From positions 1,248,001-1,312,000 of the forward strand of contig OY781066.1 of assembly GCA_963676395.1 (NCBI GenBank): a DNA stretch of 64,000 nucleotides, in the 5' to 3' direction. Below the pieces are notes generated by a model that saw only the letters and a list, made by a program, of their open reading frames with translations, did not search any database and had not been told where the DNA came from. A program made the translations under genes and the position numbers. Positions 8,490-18,497 of the stretch are shown here, one piece after another (within the stretch, counting starts at the first letter, position 1; each line of letters opens with the position of its first letter). The stretch is from a bacterium (GTDB lineage: Bacteria; Fidelibacterota; Fidelibacteria; Fidelibacterales; Fidelibacteraceae).

Positions 8490-9614
8490 GTGTTGCAAAA
8501 AAAAGTTCTACTGTTAGTTGGTTTTGTGTTGATTTTGGTTTCTTGTGAGCTGATTCCGTATTCGGAAAAAGCTGTTCAAGCATATGATGGATCTTTGAAT
8601 TGGGAGTGTATTCAGGAAGATGCCGGGTTTTCAAATCGTATTGATTTGGCTGCCACTTCATTTAATGGTGCGCTTTGGGTGTCGGGGGGATATGATATCA
8701 GTCAATTTTCCAAAGATCCATATATGGAAGATCTTTGGACAAGCTCTGATGGTATAAATTGGACTTGTGTAAGTGACAATGCACCTTGGAAAGGTCGGCG
8801 GGGGCATGAAATGTTAGTCTTTAATGGTGCCATGTATATCATGGGTGGCTTTACTGTTGATGAGAAAACAGGATATAGAGAATATCGAAATGATATATGG
8901 AAGACCACGAATGGAACCGATTGGGAAGAGTTGTGTGATTCAGCCGAATGGGCACCACGCTTTCAGCATAGTATTGTGGAGGCCGATTTGGGAGATGGAA
9001 GTTTTCTTTACTTAATTGGCGGTGCGGGAATGCAGGATAATGTCAGCGGGCGATATGCTATGAAATATTACAATGATGTATGGAAGTCCGAAGATGGAGT
9101 AACATGGACTGAGATAATTACTTCGGAGGACTTTGGAATGCGTTCCGATGCGGGAGTTGCTTATGATAATAATACCGGTAGATTAATTGTTTATGGTGGT
9201 TTGCACTCGGCCGGTTTTGATGATTCGGCAGATGGGGTGTACAATAATCATCCTACAGAGTTTTGGGAATCTGTATGGTATACCGAAGATGGAAAAATTT
9301 GGAATCATCAGGAAGTGGATATTTCTTGTTTTAGGGCTTCAGAGAAAATCGTTTCGTACGATGGTGATCTTTGGCTTATGCCCGGACGGCGCTCTGAAAT
9401 AGATGATATAGATTATGCTAATAATAGCAAATATTATGGTACATGTATTTATGAAGCAATCGATACAAGCGCATGGGTCTGGGATTCCGAAGGATCAGGA
9501 GTTGGTGCTCGTTTTGGTTATGCTGCTACGGTTTTTAATAATAGGATATGGATTATTGGTGGGCAAACTTCCGATGAAGGACCCGATAACGATATTTGGA
9601 CAGCTTTCAGATAA
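8490..9614 (+). CDS. Kelch-repeat beta-propeller lipoprotein (start uncertain; ORF open from 8391)
   Basis: Signal KKVLLLVGFVLILVS-C lipobox; repeated FNG.xxxxGG and NDxWxSxDGxxW units. Confidence 0.75.
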   Translation: MLQKKVLLLVGFVLILVSCELIPYSEKAVQAYDGSLNWECIQEDAGFSNRIDLAATSFNGALWVSGGYDISQFSKDPYMEDLWTSSDGINWTCVSDNAPWKGRRGHEMLVFNGAMYIMGGFTVDEKTGYREYRNDIWKTTNGTDWEELCDSAEWAPRFQHSIVEADLGDGSFLYLIGGAGMQDNVSGRYAMKYYNDVWKSEDGVTWTEIITSEDFGMRSDAGVAYDNNTGRLIVYGGLHSAGFDDSADGVYNNHPTEFWESVWYTEDGKIWNHQEVDISCFRASEKIVSYDGDLWLMPGRRSEIDDIDYANNSKYYGTCIYEAIDTSAWVWDSEGSGVGARFGYAATVFNNRIWIIGGQTSDEGPDNDIWTAFR

Positions 9615-9634
9615 TAAAGCAAACAGGAATAAAA

Positions 9635-10603
9635 ATGAAAAAAATTATTACAATAATATTAGGCGCTGTGCTTCCATTTGTTGTTTTGGCTGCGATTACT
9701 TCATATTCAATACCACTGAAAGAAAATTGGATTTTTACACCCTATAGTTCTGATCATTTGTATCCGACATATTTGGCAGATCCTTTAGGAGTTCGTTTCG
9801 AGGCTTCATATCGTACTGTCACTTATTCTGATATTGATTTTTCTGATGAGATAAATGAAAACGGTTCTTATGAAAACCGATTTGACATTTATCCTGGTGT
9901 TCGTTTATCATTGTTTCGTTTAATGAATACTGAAACCGGCATGGGGTTTGAAACCGAAATTGGACTTATGACTCCGGTTTATATGCGTGGTTCAAATTTT
10001 GATCTTATTGGAATGGATGGTATTTATTATTTAAGATTTAATGCACAAATAAATTCATGGCTACACTTAAATCTTTCAAAACACCATATCTGTACACATG
10101 TGGGTGATGAGTTCACATCGGGAAGAGTAGATTCACCAACCGATATAGATCCTTCATTAATGACTCTGCCCGTTTTAGATGATTTTCGATTTGCTACATC
10201 CTTACGACCTTTGAATTTTCTTGAAGATTGGGGCCTTGATATTCTTACTTGTTATGCAGAAGTTGGATGGTTTATGCCGGGTTCGGATTTTTTAGGCGGT
10301 CGATCAAATTATCCTGATGTGCAATGTAATTTAAATTTTCTTTATGGTGCTCAGCTTGAGTATGATTTACCCTCATGGGGTAAACACATCGGTAGTTTAT
10401 TTGCAGCCGTGAATATCAGCACTTATCAACAAAATGCTTATGCAAAAAATTTATCTATCATGGCCGGTTGGATTATTCCTCAAAACAAACCCGGTAAAAG
10501 ATTAAGATTTGCCTATCAATACTACAATGGACGAAATTTAATGAATCAATATTATGACCGAAAAGAGAAATTTAATTCTTTCTGTATCTCAATGGATCTA
10601 TAA
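9635..10603 (+). CDS. Secreted/outer-membrane protein, DUF1207-like
   Basis: Signal peptide; YPTYLADP; HICTHVGDEF (resembles the HxSxHxGDE motif); YYNGRN; amphipathic beta-strands. Confidence 0.6.
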   Translation: MKKIITIILGAVLPFVVLAAITSYSIPLKENWIFTPYSSDHLYPTYLADPLGVRFEASYRTVTYSDIDFSDEINENGSYENRFDIYPGVRLSLFRLMNTETGMGFETEIGLMTPVYMRGSNFDLIGMDGIYYLRFNAQINSWLHLNLSKHHICTHVGDEFTSGRVDSPTDIDPSLMTLPVLDDFRFATSLRPLNFLEDWGLDILTCYAEVGWFMPGSDFLGGRSNYPDVQCNLNFLYGAQLEYDLPSWGKHIGSLFAAVNISTYQQNAYAKNLSIMAGWIIPQNKPGKRLRFAYQYYNGRNLMNQYYDRKEKFNSFCISMDL

Positions 10604-10703
10604 TAAGATTGTAATATCAGATAACGTTAAATAAAAATATTTCAATCAAGCTTATGTTTTTATAACTTTTGTGTGAATAAACAATGATTTAAAGGAGTAA
10701 TAA

Positions 10704-12206
10704 ATGAAACGATTAAAAGATTTACTATCAGATATAAAGAAACTTGAATCAGCGGCTTCTGTTTTGCATTGGGATCAAGAGACCTATATGCCTGAAGGCG
10801 GTGGTGCTTTTCGTGCAGAGGTTTTGGCTTATATGAGCTTGATGCATCATCAAATGGCGACAGGTCAAAAACTAAAGGATGAACTTTCACGTCACATTAA
10901 TCTTGAAACGGGAGAGATCGTAAATATTACACTCAGCGAGGAAGAAAAACGCTTAGTATATCTTCTTTGGAAAGATTTAAATAAACTGTCTGTTTTACCT
11001 GAAGAGTTTGTTGAAGAAATGTCTAAGCATACTTCTGCCACTCAGCAAGCATGGTTTAAGGCAAAGCAAGCGAATGACTATTCGGCATACGCACCATTTT
11101 TAGAAAAAATGATCAAGCTTAAAAAACAAGAAGCAGAATATTTAGGATATAAAGATAAACCCTATGATGCTCTTTTGGATAATTTTGAACCAGGTATGAC
11201 AACGGAAAAAGTTGGGAAACTATTTAGTGATCTTAAGCCAAGACTTGTGGCACTTGTTGAAAAAATTCGTGCTGCAGAACAGGTGGACGACAGTCTATTA
11301 CAGCAATCATTTGATACTGATAGCCAATGGAAATTTGGCATGAAAGTTGCCGAAAGAATGGGGTTGGATATGAGACATGCCCGTCAGGATGTTTCGGCCC
11401 ACCCGTTTACTATTGGTTTTCATCCCGAAGATGTTCGTATTACAACGCGTTTGAATGATAAAATGCTTTTGTCTGGATTATTTTCAACAATTCATGAAAG
11501 TGGTCATGCAATTTATGAACAGGGATTGAATAAAGAAGAATTTGGCACACCTTTGGGTGAAGCTGCTTCTTTTGGTATCCATGAAAGTCAATCACGACTT
11601 TGGGAAAATCAAGTTGGTCGATCAAAGGAATTTTGGACTTATGAATTACCAATCCTAAAAGAACACTTTGCACAATTGAAAGAAGTAAAATTGGATGATT
11701 GGTATCGTATGGTGAATACCGTAAGACCTTCATTGGTCCGTATTGAATCGGATGAAGTATATTACTCGTTGCATATTATGCTTCGCTTTGATATGGAAAA
11801 TATGATTATTAACGGTGATGTTGATGTAAATGATATTCCCAAGCTATGGAATGAAAAAATGAAAGAGTACTTTGGTATCGTTCCGGAAACAGATTCCGAA
11901 GGTGTTATGCAGGATGTTCATTGGTCCTTTGGTGGGTTTGGATATTTTCCATCTTATGCTATGGGTAATCTTTACGGAGCTCAGATCCTTGAACAGGCAG
12001 ATAAAGAGATCCCCGGACTTTGGGAAAAGATCAGAGAAGGTGAATTTTTAGCATTGAAAGAATGGTTGAATGAAAAGGTTCATAAACATGGACGATTCTT
12101 TGATCCCGAAGAGTTGATTCAGGCTATCTCTGGAGAGGTCTTAAGTTCTGATCCTTTTATGAATTATTTGGAAAAGAAGTATACGGAGATCTATAACTTA
12201 AAATAA
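10704..12206 (+). CDS. Carboxypeptidase, family M32
   Basis: LHWDQET, HPF, DVRIT, HESGH, HESQSRLWEN, QDVHW and GYFPSYAMG motifs. Confidence 0.96.
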   Translation: MKRLKDLLSDIKKLESAASVLHWDQETYMPEGGGAFRAEVLAYMSLMHHQMATGQKLKDELSRHINLETGEIVNITLSEEEKRLVYLLWKDLNKLSVLPEEFVEEMSKHTSATQQAWFKAKQANDYSAYAPFLEKMIKLKKQEAEYLGYKDKPYDALLDNFEPGMTTEKVGKLFSDLKPRLVALVEKIRAAEQVDDSLLQQSFDTDSQWKFGMKVAERMGLDMRHARQDVSAHPFTIGFHPEDVRITTRLNDKMLLSGLFSTIHESGHAIYEQGLNKEEFGTPLGEAASFGIHESQSRLWENQVGRSKEFWTYELPILKEHFAQLKEVKLDDWYRMVNTVRPSLVRIESDEVYYSLHIMLRFDMENMIINGDVDVNDIPKLWNEKMKEYFGIVPETDSEGVMQDVHWSFGGFGYFPSYAMGNLYGAQILEQADKEIPGLWEKIREGEFLALKEWLNEKVHKHGRFFDPEELIQAISGEVLSSDPFMNYLEKKYTEIYNLK

Positions 12207-12233
12207 ACTACAGGCTTTCAATATAATATCAAT

Positions 12234-12266
12234 AAAGGCTCCGAGTTTTCTTGGAGTCTTTTTTTT
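12234..12266. terminator. Terminator hairpin between convergent genes
   Basis: AAAGGCTCCGAG-TTTT-CTTGGAGTCTTT followed by a T tract. Confidence 0.75.
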
Positions 12267-12390
12267 AGATTGAATTCTCTGTTGGGGTTGAGAGAGATTT
12301 AGTTTTGGGATTTGTTTATTGATAAACCGAAATAAATTGCAGTATAGATTTATTAGAATGATGCCATCATCAATATTCAATGGTTCTTCG

Positions 12391-13122
12391 TTAATTATCA
12401 GTAATTTTTGAAGAATCACTCAACAAGTTGTTCAAGTCATTCAGCTCTTTCTCGCTCAAATGACGCCATTGACCCAAAGGTATATCCAAATGGATATTCA
12501 TAATGCGATATCGTTCAAGTTTTGTTACGCGGTAACCCAGATATTCGCACATGCGGCGGATCTGCCTATTTAGTCCCTGTGTAAGGATGATTTTAAAACG
12601 AAATTTGTCCACTTGCTCAACATAGCATTCGCGGGTGATTGTATCAAGTATGGGAATACCGGATGACATTTTATTAACAAAGTCCTGAGTAATCGCCGGT
12701 TTTACGGTGACTAAATATTCTTTTTCGTGATTATTGCGGGCTCGGAGTATTTTGTTAACGATGTCACCATCATTCGTTAATAGTATTAATCCGGTGCTGT
12801 CTTTGTCAAGTCGACCAATTGGGAAAATGCGCTCGGGATAATTGACAAAATCAACGATATTATTTTTTTCCCTGCGGGTATCTGTGGTGCAGACAATACC
12901 CTTAGGTTTATTTAATGCAATATAAATACGCTTTTCATTTTGGCGGTTGAGCGGTTTTCCATCGACTAAAACGACATCCTTATCTCCAATTTTGTCACCC
13001 ATTACCGCAATTCTATCATTTATACTGATGCGTTTTTGTTCAACCAGTTTATCTGCTTCACGGCGAGAACAATAGCCGATTTCACTTAGGAATTTATTGA
13101 TGCGAGTGGGTGTGTTTTGCAT
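12391..13122 (-). CDS. rluF: 23S rRNA pseudouridine synthase, RluF-like
   Basis: S4 domain RINKFLSEIGYCSRREAD; GRLDKDS catalytic motif; QGLNRQIRRMCE. Confidence 0.88.
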   Translation of the reverse strand: MQNTPTRINKFLSEIGYCSRREADKLVEQKRISINDRIAVMGDKIGDKDVVLVDGKPLNRQNEKRIYIALNKPKGIVCTTDTRREKNNIVDFVNYPERIFPIGRLDKDSTGLILLTNDGDIVNKILRARNNHEKEYLVTVKPAITQDFVNKMSSGIPILDTITRECYVEQVDKFRFKIILTQGLNRQIRRMCEYLGYRVTKLERYRIMNIHLDIPLGQWRHLSEKELNDLNNLLSDSSKITDN

Positions 13123-13179
13123 AAATTTTATGAATATCACTAGTCTTGGATTTAAACTCCAGGTTATTGATATAGACGT

Positions 13180-13833
13180 CTATTTATCAATTATTTCTAA
13201 TAATTCTTCAGCATGATGCACACCTTGGTCAGCACTCATTTTAACCCATTTACGAGCCGTTTCGATATCGTTATCGTTATTGGCGGTTTCATATAATAGC
13301 TTTCCGAGTAAAAATTGTGGGTAGGGGTGATTACCATTGTTTACACTTTTCTTAAGCCAGGCTATGGCTTGAGAGGTATCTACTTCAACACCTCTGCCTG
13401 TAGAATAGATTTTTCCAAGCATATATTGTGATTGAGAATATTGTTTTTTTCCTGCGCGGATAAACCATTCTCTTGCAACATCCAAATCCCGTTTGGCACC
13501 TCTGCCTGAATAATAGATCATACCCATTTTATTCATGGCAGGTGGATAATTATTGTCGGCAGAACGTTTATACCAATCAAGGGCTTTTTCCATGTCCTTT
13601 TCAAGACCAATGCCATGCTGAGTGTAATATCCCAAATAGTATTTTGCTTCAGCATTACCGGCTTCAGCTGCCAGCTTAAAGCTGTCGATAGCTTTTGCCG
13701 TGTCTGGAACAGTGAGACTGTCGCCTTGCATAAATAGCTTAGCCTGATCCAATAATTTTTGTGTGGGATCTTCTTTTAAACAACCTGTTAGAATGATAAA
13801 AATGGATAAAATGATAAGGGGGGTATGTTTCAT
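13180..13833 (-). CDS. Sel1-like repeat lipoprotein
   Basis: LTG-C lipobox; repeated A.Y.LG..Y..G.G...D...A..W..KAA..G units. Confidence 0.85.
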   Translation of the reverse strand: MKHTPLIILSIFIILTGCLKEDPTQKLLDQAKLFMQGDSLTVPDTAKAIDSFKLAAEAGNAEAKYYLGYYTQHGIGLEKDMEKALDWYKRSADNNYPPAMNKMGMIYYSGRGAKRDLDVAREWFIRAGKKQYSQSQYMLGKIYSTGRGVEVDTSQAIAWLKKSVNNGNHPYPQFLLGKLLYETANNDNDIETARKWVKMSADQGVHHAEELLEIIDK

Positions 13834-14001
13834 GTTTCAACTCATAGTTTTTGTTTTATATCAATAATCTCGGGTGATGTTATCCCAAGAGTCGTCAGGG
13901 GATATCCCCAATACGAGGTGTCAATATATATATGCTTGAGTTAAAATACAAGACTTCCCGACTGTGAGTGCTAAGATGTAGTGGTTTTCGGACGATTAAA
14001 A

Positions 14002-15489
14002 TTATTCGCTTGCTTGTGTTTGTTTAATGGCTTGCAACCAACCACTATAGAATTTGCTTCGCGTTCGTTCACTCATTTCGGGGTCAAAACAAACGATTTC
14101 ATGTTTGCTACGCTGAAAATCTTTATAACGCCAAAATCCACAAGCTAAACCCGCCAACATAGCTGCGCCAAGAGCGGTAGATTCTAATTGATGTGCCCGG
14201 CAAACGGAACAATTAAGAATATCTGCTTGAAATTGCATAAGAAGGTTGTTTGCGGTTGCACCTCCATCGACATTTAATGCTTTGAGTTTAACACCTGAAT
14301 CTCTTTCCATTGCATTTAATACATCTTTACTTTGATATGCAATAGATTCTAGCGTTGCGCGAATAATGTGATTTGCCGTTGAACCTTGAGTTAGGCCGCT
14401 AAGTGTTCCTCGTACATTTCCTTGCCAATAGGGTGCCCCCAATCCACTAAATGCCGGGACAAAATATACACCTTCGTTATTGTTTATTTGAGCTGCAGCT
14501 GCTTCTGAATCCGCAGCCGTTTTAATTAGCTTTAGATTATCTCTTAACCATTGGATGGCTGCACCGGCAATAAAGACGGATCCTTCCAAAGCATAGTTTA
14601 CCTTTCCGTCAATTGACCATGCTATCGTTGTTAATAGTCCGTTTTGAGACTTTACCGCTTTCGTACCGGTATTCATAAGCATAAAACAACCGGTGCCATA
14701 GGTGTTTTTTGCCGTTCCCGGTTTAAAACAGCACTGGCCAAATAGGGCGGCTTGTTGGTCTCCGGCAATTCCGCAAATGGGTACTTTAATGCCGTTGAAA
14801 TAATCTGGATGCGTGTATCCATAGAATTCAGATGACTCTTTTACTTCCGGTAACATGCTTTCGGGAATACCGAAAAGATCAAGTAATTCCTTATCCCAAC
14901 TAAGATCATGAATATTAAATAGCATGGTTCTTGAGGCGTTACTTACATCGGTAATGTGTAATTCCCCTTTTGTCAATTTCCATATAACCCAAGTATCTAC
15001 GGTTCCAAAGAGTAAATCTCCGTTTTTCGCTTTTTCCTTTGCTTTGTATACATTATCTAAGATCCACTTAATTTTGGAAGCCGAAAAATAGGCATCTAAG
15101 ATCAGACCGCTTTTGTCTTGGATGAGTTTGTCATATCCACGTGTTTTAAGTTGATCGCATTCATTTGCTGTGCGCTTATCTTGCCAAACAATAGCCGGGT
15201 AAATTGGTTCGCCCGTATGTTTGTCCCAAACGATTGTGGTTTCACGTTGATTGGTAATGCCAATCGCAGCTAATTCTCCAGAAGAGATATTTAATTTATT
15301 CAGCACATTTTGGGTTGCTTCTAGCTGAGTGTTCCAAATATCCATTGGATCTTGTTCAACTCTATCTGGTTTTGGATAGAATTGAGGGAATTCTTTTTGT
15401 TCCATTCCAAGAATATTGAAATCATGGTCAAAAATAATAGCACGCTCGCTGGATGTACCCAGATCAAGTGTCAAGATATATGAAGACAT
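14002..15489 (-). CDS. glpK: Glycerol kinase
   Basis: [47 protein letters not shown]. Confidence 0.97.
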   Translation of the reverse strand: MSSYILTLDLGTSSERAIIFDHDFNILGMEQKEFPQFYPKPDRVEQDPMDIWNTQLEATQNVLNKLNISSGELAAIGITNQRETTIVWDKHTGEPIYPAIVWQDKRTANECDQLKTRGYDKLIQDKSGLILDAYFSASKIKWILDNVYKAKEKAKNGDLLFGTVDTWVIWKLTKGELHITDVSNASRTMLFNIHDLSWDKELLDLFGIPESMLPEVKESSEFYGYTHPDYFNGIKVPICGIAGDQQAALFGQCCFKPGTAKNTYGTGCFMLMNTGTKAVKSQNGLLTTIAWSIDGKVNYALEGSVFIAGAAIQWLRDNLKLIKTAADSEAAAAQINNNEGVYFVPAFSGLGAPYWQGNVRGTLSGLTQGSTANHIIRATLESIAYQSKDVLNAMERDSGVKLKALNVDGGATANNLLMQFQADILNCSVCRAHQLESTALGAAMLAGLACGFWRYKDFQRSKHEIVCFDPEMSERTRSKFYSGWLQAIKQTQASE

Positions 15490-15524
15490 GAATATCTCCT
15501 CTCTTTATTCATAATCTTTAGTCT

Positions 15525-16439
15525 TTAAATACGAAATTTGATCCACTCCAATATATCGTTGTATACTACCTGCTTGTTCGTTTCATTCAGGATCTCGTGA
15601 CGAGCACCATGATAGATGCTTAATTCTACATCTTCAATATGCCAATGTCTGTAAGTGTTTGCAACTTTTCTGGGACCTTCACCATTTGCGCCGACAGGAT
15701 CTTGAGAACCGGCGATTACATAAATAGGTAAGGTAAAGCGAATGTGCTCGTTGTTTTTGTATTTCGAGATATATCCCAAGCCGAAGAAAAGGTCTCTAAA
15801 AAATCTTAGAGAACAAATGAAACCGCAAAATGGATCATCGACATATTTTTTAACTTGATCTTTATCGCGTGAAAGCCATGACATTGGACCTTCATTTTTA
15901 AAAGGTTTGTTAAATGAACCAAAGCTCATATTGTCGAAGAATTTTGAAGGCGCTTTGCCGTTTTTAAATAAACTATTTACAAAGGATAGGAATTTTCCTG
16001 CGCCGATAACAGCCGGAGGATTTGCCGCGGTACCCGAAAGGATCACACCGTTGATATCATCGTATTTGGTAATATAGGTTCTGGCAAGAAAAGAGCCCAT
16101 GCTGTGTCCAAGAAGGAAAACAGGTGTCTTTTGATGTTCTTTGTTTATAAGTTCTGTAAAAGTGCGCATATCATCTACGACTTTCATCCAGCCGTTTTTT
16201 TTAGCAAAATAACCGGTATTCTCAAGAGAACCTGCGGTTTTTCCATGACCACGATGATCGTTGGCATAAACCGCGATCTTTTGTTTGTTCATAAAGTTTG
16301 CAAAATCATCGTAGCGATCTGCAAATTCTGCCATGCCGTGCGCAATTTGTAATATTGCAACCGGTTTTTCTTCGGGTAGCCAAGCGTGATAGCTGATGGC
16401 AATACCATCTCGTGAGGTAAACTGATTAGTCTTTTTCAT
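15525..16439 (-). CDS. Alpha/beta hydrolase (lysophospholipase / monoacylglycerol lipase-like)
   Basis: HGMAE, DHRGHG, GHSMG nucleophile elbow, GSQDPV, RHEILNE. Confidence 0.9.
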   Translation of the reverse strand: MKKTNQFTSRDGIAISYHAWLPEEKPVAILQIAHGMAEFADRYDDFANFMNKQKIAVYANDHRGHGKTAGSLENTGYFAKKNGWMKVVDDMRTFTELINKEHQKTPVFLLGHSMGSFLARTYITKYDDINGVILSGTAANPPAVIGAGKFLSFVNSLFKNGKAPSKFFDNMSFGSFNKPFKNEGPMSWLSRDKDQVKKYVDDPFCGFICSLRFFRDLFFGLGYISKYKNNEHIRFTLPIYVIAGSQDPVGANGEGPRKVANTYRHWHIEDVELSIYHGARHEILNETNKQVVYNDILEWIKFRI

Positions 16440-16542
16440 GAAATTCCAATTTTTTACATAAGAAAAATAGCAATTATAATTGGTCATATCAAGATGTAAA
16501 TCGTTAGATGAAGTAGGTAAAGTGAATAGGATCCCATACGAA

Positions 16543-16570
16543 ATAAAGGCTCAACATGTTGAGCCTTTAT
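16543..16570. terminator. Perfect palindrome, likely metK terminator
   Basis: ATAAAGGCTCAACATGTTGAGCCTTTAT, downstream of metK on the minus strand. Confidence 0.75.
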
Positions 16571-16583
16571 AGTTTGTTTGATT

Positions 16584-16611
16584 GTCGAGAACAGACATGT
16601 CTGTTTCCGAC
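16584..16611. repeat. REP-like palindromic element
   Basis: GTCGAGAACAGACATGTCTGTTTCCGAC, an imperfect palindrome with a CATG centre. Confidence 0.45.
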
Positions 16612-16634
16612 GGTATAATAATCGCAAGTAATGT

Positions 16635-17765
16635 TTACAGATATTTTTTTAGACTATCAACCTTATCTGTTTTTTCCCAGCTAAACTCATTGCGTCCAAA
16701 ATGACCATAAGCGGCTGTAGCTTGGTATATCGGTTTTCTCAGTTCCAGATGTTTGATAATATCTCGGGGAGTCAATGGAAATTCCTGGCGAATAATTTTG
16801 GCAAGTTCATCGTTCCCCAATTTTCCCGTGCCAAAGGTATCAATAAATAGAGATACCGGTTCGGCTTTTCCAATGGCATAGGCAAGCTGAACCTCCGCAC
16901 GCTCGCAAATTTCAGCAGCGACAAGATTTTTAGCAATATATCGCGCCATGTATGCTGCAGAGCGATCAACTTTAGTTGAATCTTTTCCAGAGAAAGCACC
17001 ACCGCCGTGACGGCCGAAACCGCCATAGGTGTCAACGATGATCTTTCGACCGGTAAGACCGGCGTCGGCAACGGGACCACCTTCGGTAAAAGCACCGGTT
17101 GGGTTAATATGGATCTTTGTATTGGCATCTATCATATCACCACAAACCGGTTGTATAACATGTTTTATGATGTCGGCATGTAAAATATCTTGCGTTACGG
17201 ACTTCTTGTGATGATTTGAAATAACGATCGCTTCGAGACGTACTGGTTTATTGTCAGCGTATTCTACCGTGACCTGTGATTTTCCGTCGGGAAACAGGTA
17301 ATTAAGCGTACCCTCTTTACGAACATCGGCTAATTTTCTACTGAGTTTATGAGCCAATGAGATAGGCAGTGGCATGAACTCCTTCGTTTCGTTACAGGCA
17401 TAGCCGAACATCATCCCTTGATCGCCGGCACCTTCGCGATTGACACCCATGCTGATATCGGGAGATTGTTCGGAGATAGATGTCAACACACCGCAATTGT
17501 TGCCGTTAAAGCCGACTTCACCATTATCATATCCAATAGAGGTAAGAGTTTGGCGGGCTATTTGTGGCACGTTAACATATTCGGCTTTGGTTGTCAGCTC
17601 ACCACCAACGATAACATAACCCGTTTTTATAAAACATTCGATTGCAACACGTGCTTCGGGATCTAAGGTTAAAACCGCATCCAATACGGCATCTGAGATT
17701 TGATCACATACCTTATCGGGATGTCCCTCTGTCACTGATTCTGATGTAAAAAATACTTTTTCCAT
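16635..17765 (-). CDS. metK: S-adenosylmethionine synthetase
   Basis: [50 protein letters not shown] supports ATG at 17765 rather than the track start. Confidence 0.98.
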   Translation of the reverse strand: MEKVFFTSESVTEGHPDKVCDQISDAVLDAVLTLDPEARVAIECFIKTGYVIVGGELTTKAEYVNVPQIARQTLTSIGYDNGEVGFNGNNCGVLTSISEQSPDISMGVNREGAGDQGMMFGYACNETKEFMPLPISLAHKLSRKLADVRKEGTLNYLFPDGKSQVTVEYADNKPVRLEAIVISNHHKKSVTQDILHADIIKHVIQPVCGDMIDANTKIHINPTGAFTEGGPVADAGLTGRKIIVDTYGGFGRHGGGAFSGKDSTKVDRSAAYMARYIAKNLVAAEICERAEVQLAYAIGKAEPVSLFIDTFGTGKLGNDELAKIIRQEFPLTPRDIIKHLELRKPIYQATAAYGHFGRNEFSWEKTDKVDSLKKYL

Positions 17766-17830
17766 GTTTTTAATCCTCTTTGACGACGCCTTATATCGTT
17801 TATCATACATCTGAAAAGTTCTAAGGGGGA

Positions 17831-17922
17831 GAGTTCGTTCATTTTTGACCTCTGCGGCCCACATCACTTTGCCACCGTGGCGTTACTCGGTTGGCGTTCC
17901 ATTCAAGGAACTCTTGATGTAA
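17831..17922 (-). ncRNA. SAM-I/IV-type riboswitch
   Basis: Minus strand: TACATCAAGAG, P2 TTCC/GGAA, GCCAACC...GGTGGC, P1 3' strand GATGTG, P5 GGCC-GCAGA-GGTC, and pseudoknot GAGT/ACTC; lies in the metK leader. Confidence 0.85.
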
Positions 17923-17928
17923 GGCAAG

Positions 17929-17962
17929 AAGATAGTAGCTTTTATTGCCGAAGGCAATAAAA
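17929..17962 (-). promoter_or_regulatory. Putative metK promoter embedded in an inverted repeat
   Basis: TTGCCT-N17-TATCTT on the minus strand; TTTTATTGCC-N3-GGCAATAAAA at 17940-17962. Confidence 0.5.
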
Positions 17963-18320
17963 AAGAGACAAGGGGTTAAAAATCAAGAAACAATATATCA
18001 AAGCTCAAGGACTGAGAGAAAATAAAAGTTAATCTTCGGCTCCCCTTAAAGAAATAACACTAAGAAAAAAATCTCGGGTTAAAGCCAAAGACTTTTGGTA
18101 TTTGTATTAATAATGATCTTACAAATAGCTAAAATCACCGGCTTTTTAAAGAATAAATATATACATCGGTTAAAACGATATTTCCACTCATATCAGATCC
18201 ATCCCAGATTACTTGATTTCAGCCGGCATGCTGATCTTGGGCGTTCCGGTGTTTTAAATTCGATAATTAATAATTGCAGAGTTTTTTGATATGCCTGTAA
18301 CCGACTTCTAAAAAAACTCT

Positions 18321-18349
18321 TTGCATTTTAAGAGGTGCAAAGCTAAATT
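18321..18349 (+). promoter_or_regulatory. Putative sigma70 promoter of the uppP operon
   Basis: TTGCAT-N17-TAAATT. Confidence 0.5.
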
Positions 18350-18396
18350 TACCAAGGATAAATGTTGAGGAAGTTTTATAAGTATATCGTTTTGTT

Positions 18397-18485
18397 AAAG
18401 GCAGTTGAAAATAGTTAAATCTTAGGACGCAGGCCTTTAGCATTGTAATAGTTTACCGAACGCTAAAGACCGTTCGGTTTTTTTT
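18397..18485 (+). promoter_or_regulatory. Leader attenuator (terminator/antiterminator) with c-di-GMP-I riboswitch-like motifs
   Basis: Terminator ACCGAACG/CGTTCGGT+T tract ending 12 nt before the start codon; competing helix GGCCTTTAGC/GCTAAAGACC; AAAGGCA, GGACGCA and TTACCGA in aptamer order. Confidence 0.55.
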
Positions 18486-18497
18486 AAAGGGCAATAA

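Noticed and set aside
13868..13902. Hammerhead ribozyme (CTGACGA plus hairpin on the minus strand)
   Set aside because: The required GAAA after stem II and a stem III are absent.
13947..13974. Full CIRCE/HrcA operator
   Set aside because: Only one arm (TTAGCACTC) matches, and the downstream gene is not a chaperone.
18095..18289. 64-aa ORF in the metK-uppP spacer
   Set aside because: TTG start, no SD and no recognisable motif; likely spurious, although a gene remnant cannot be excluded.
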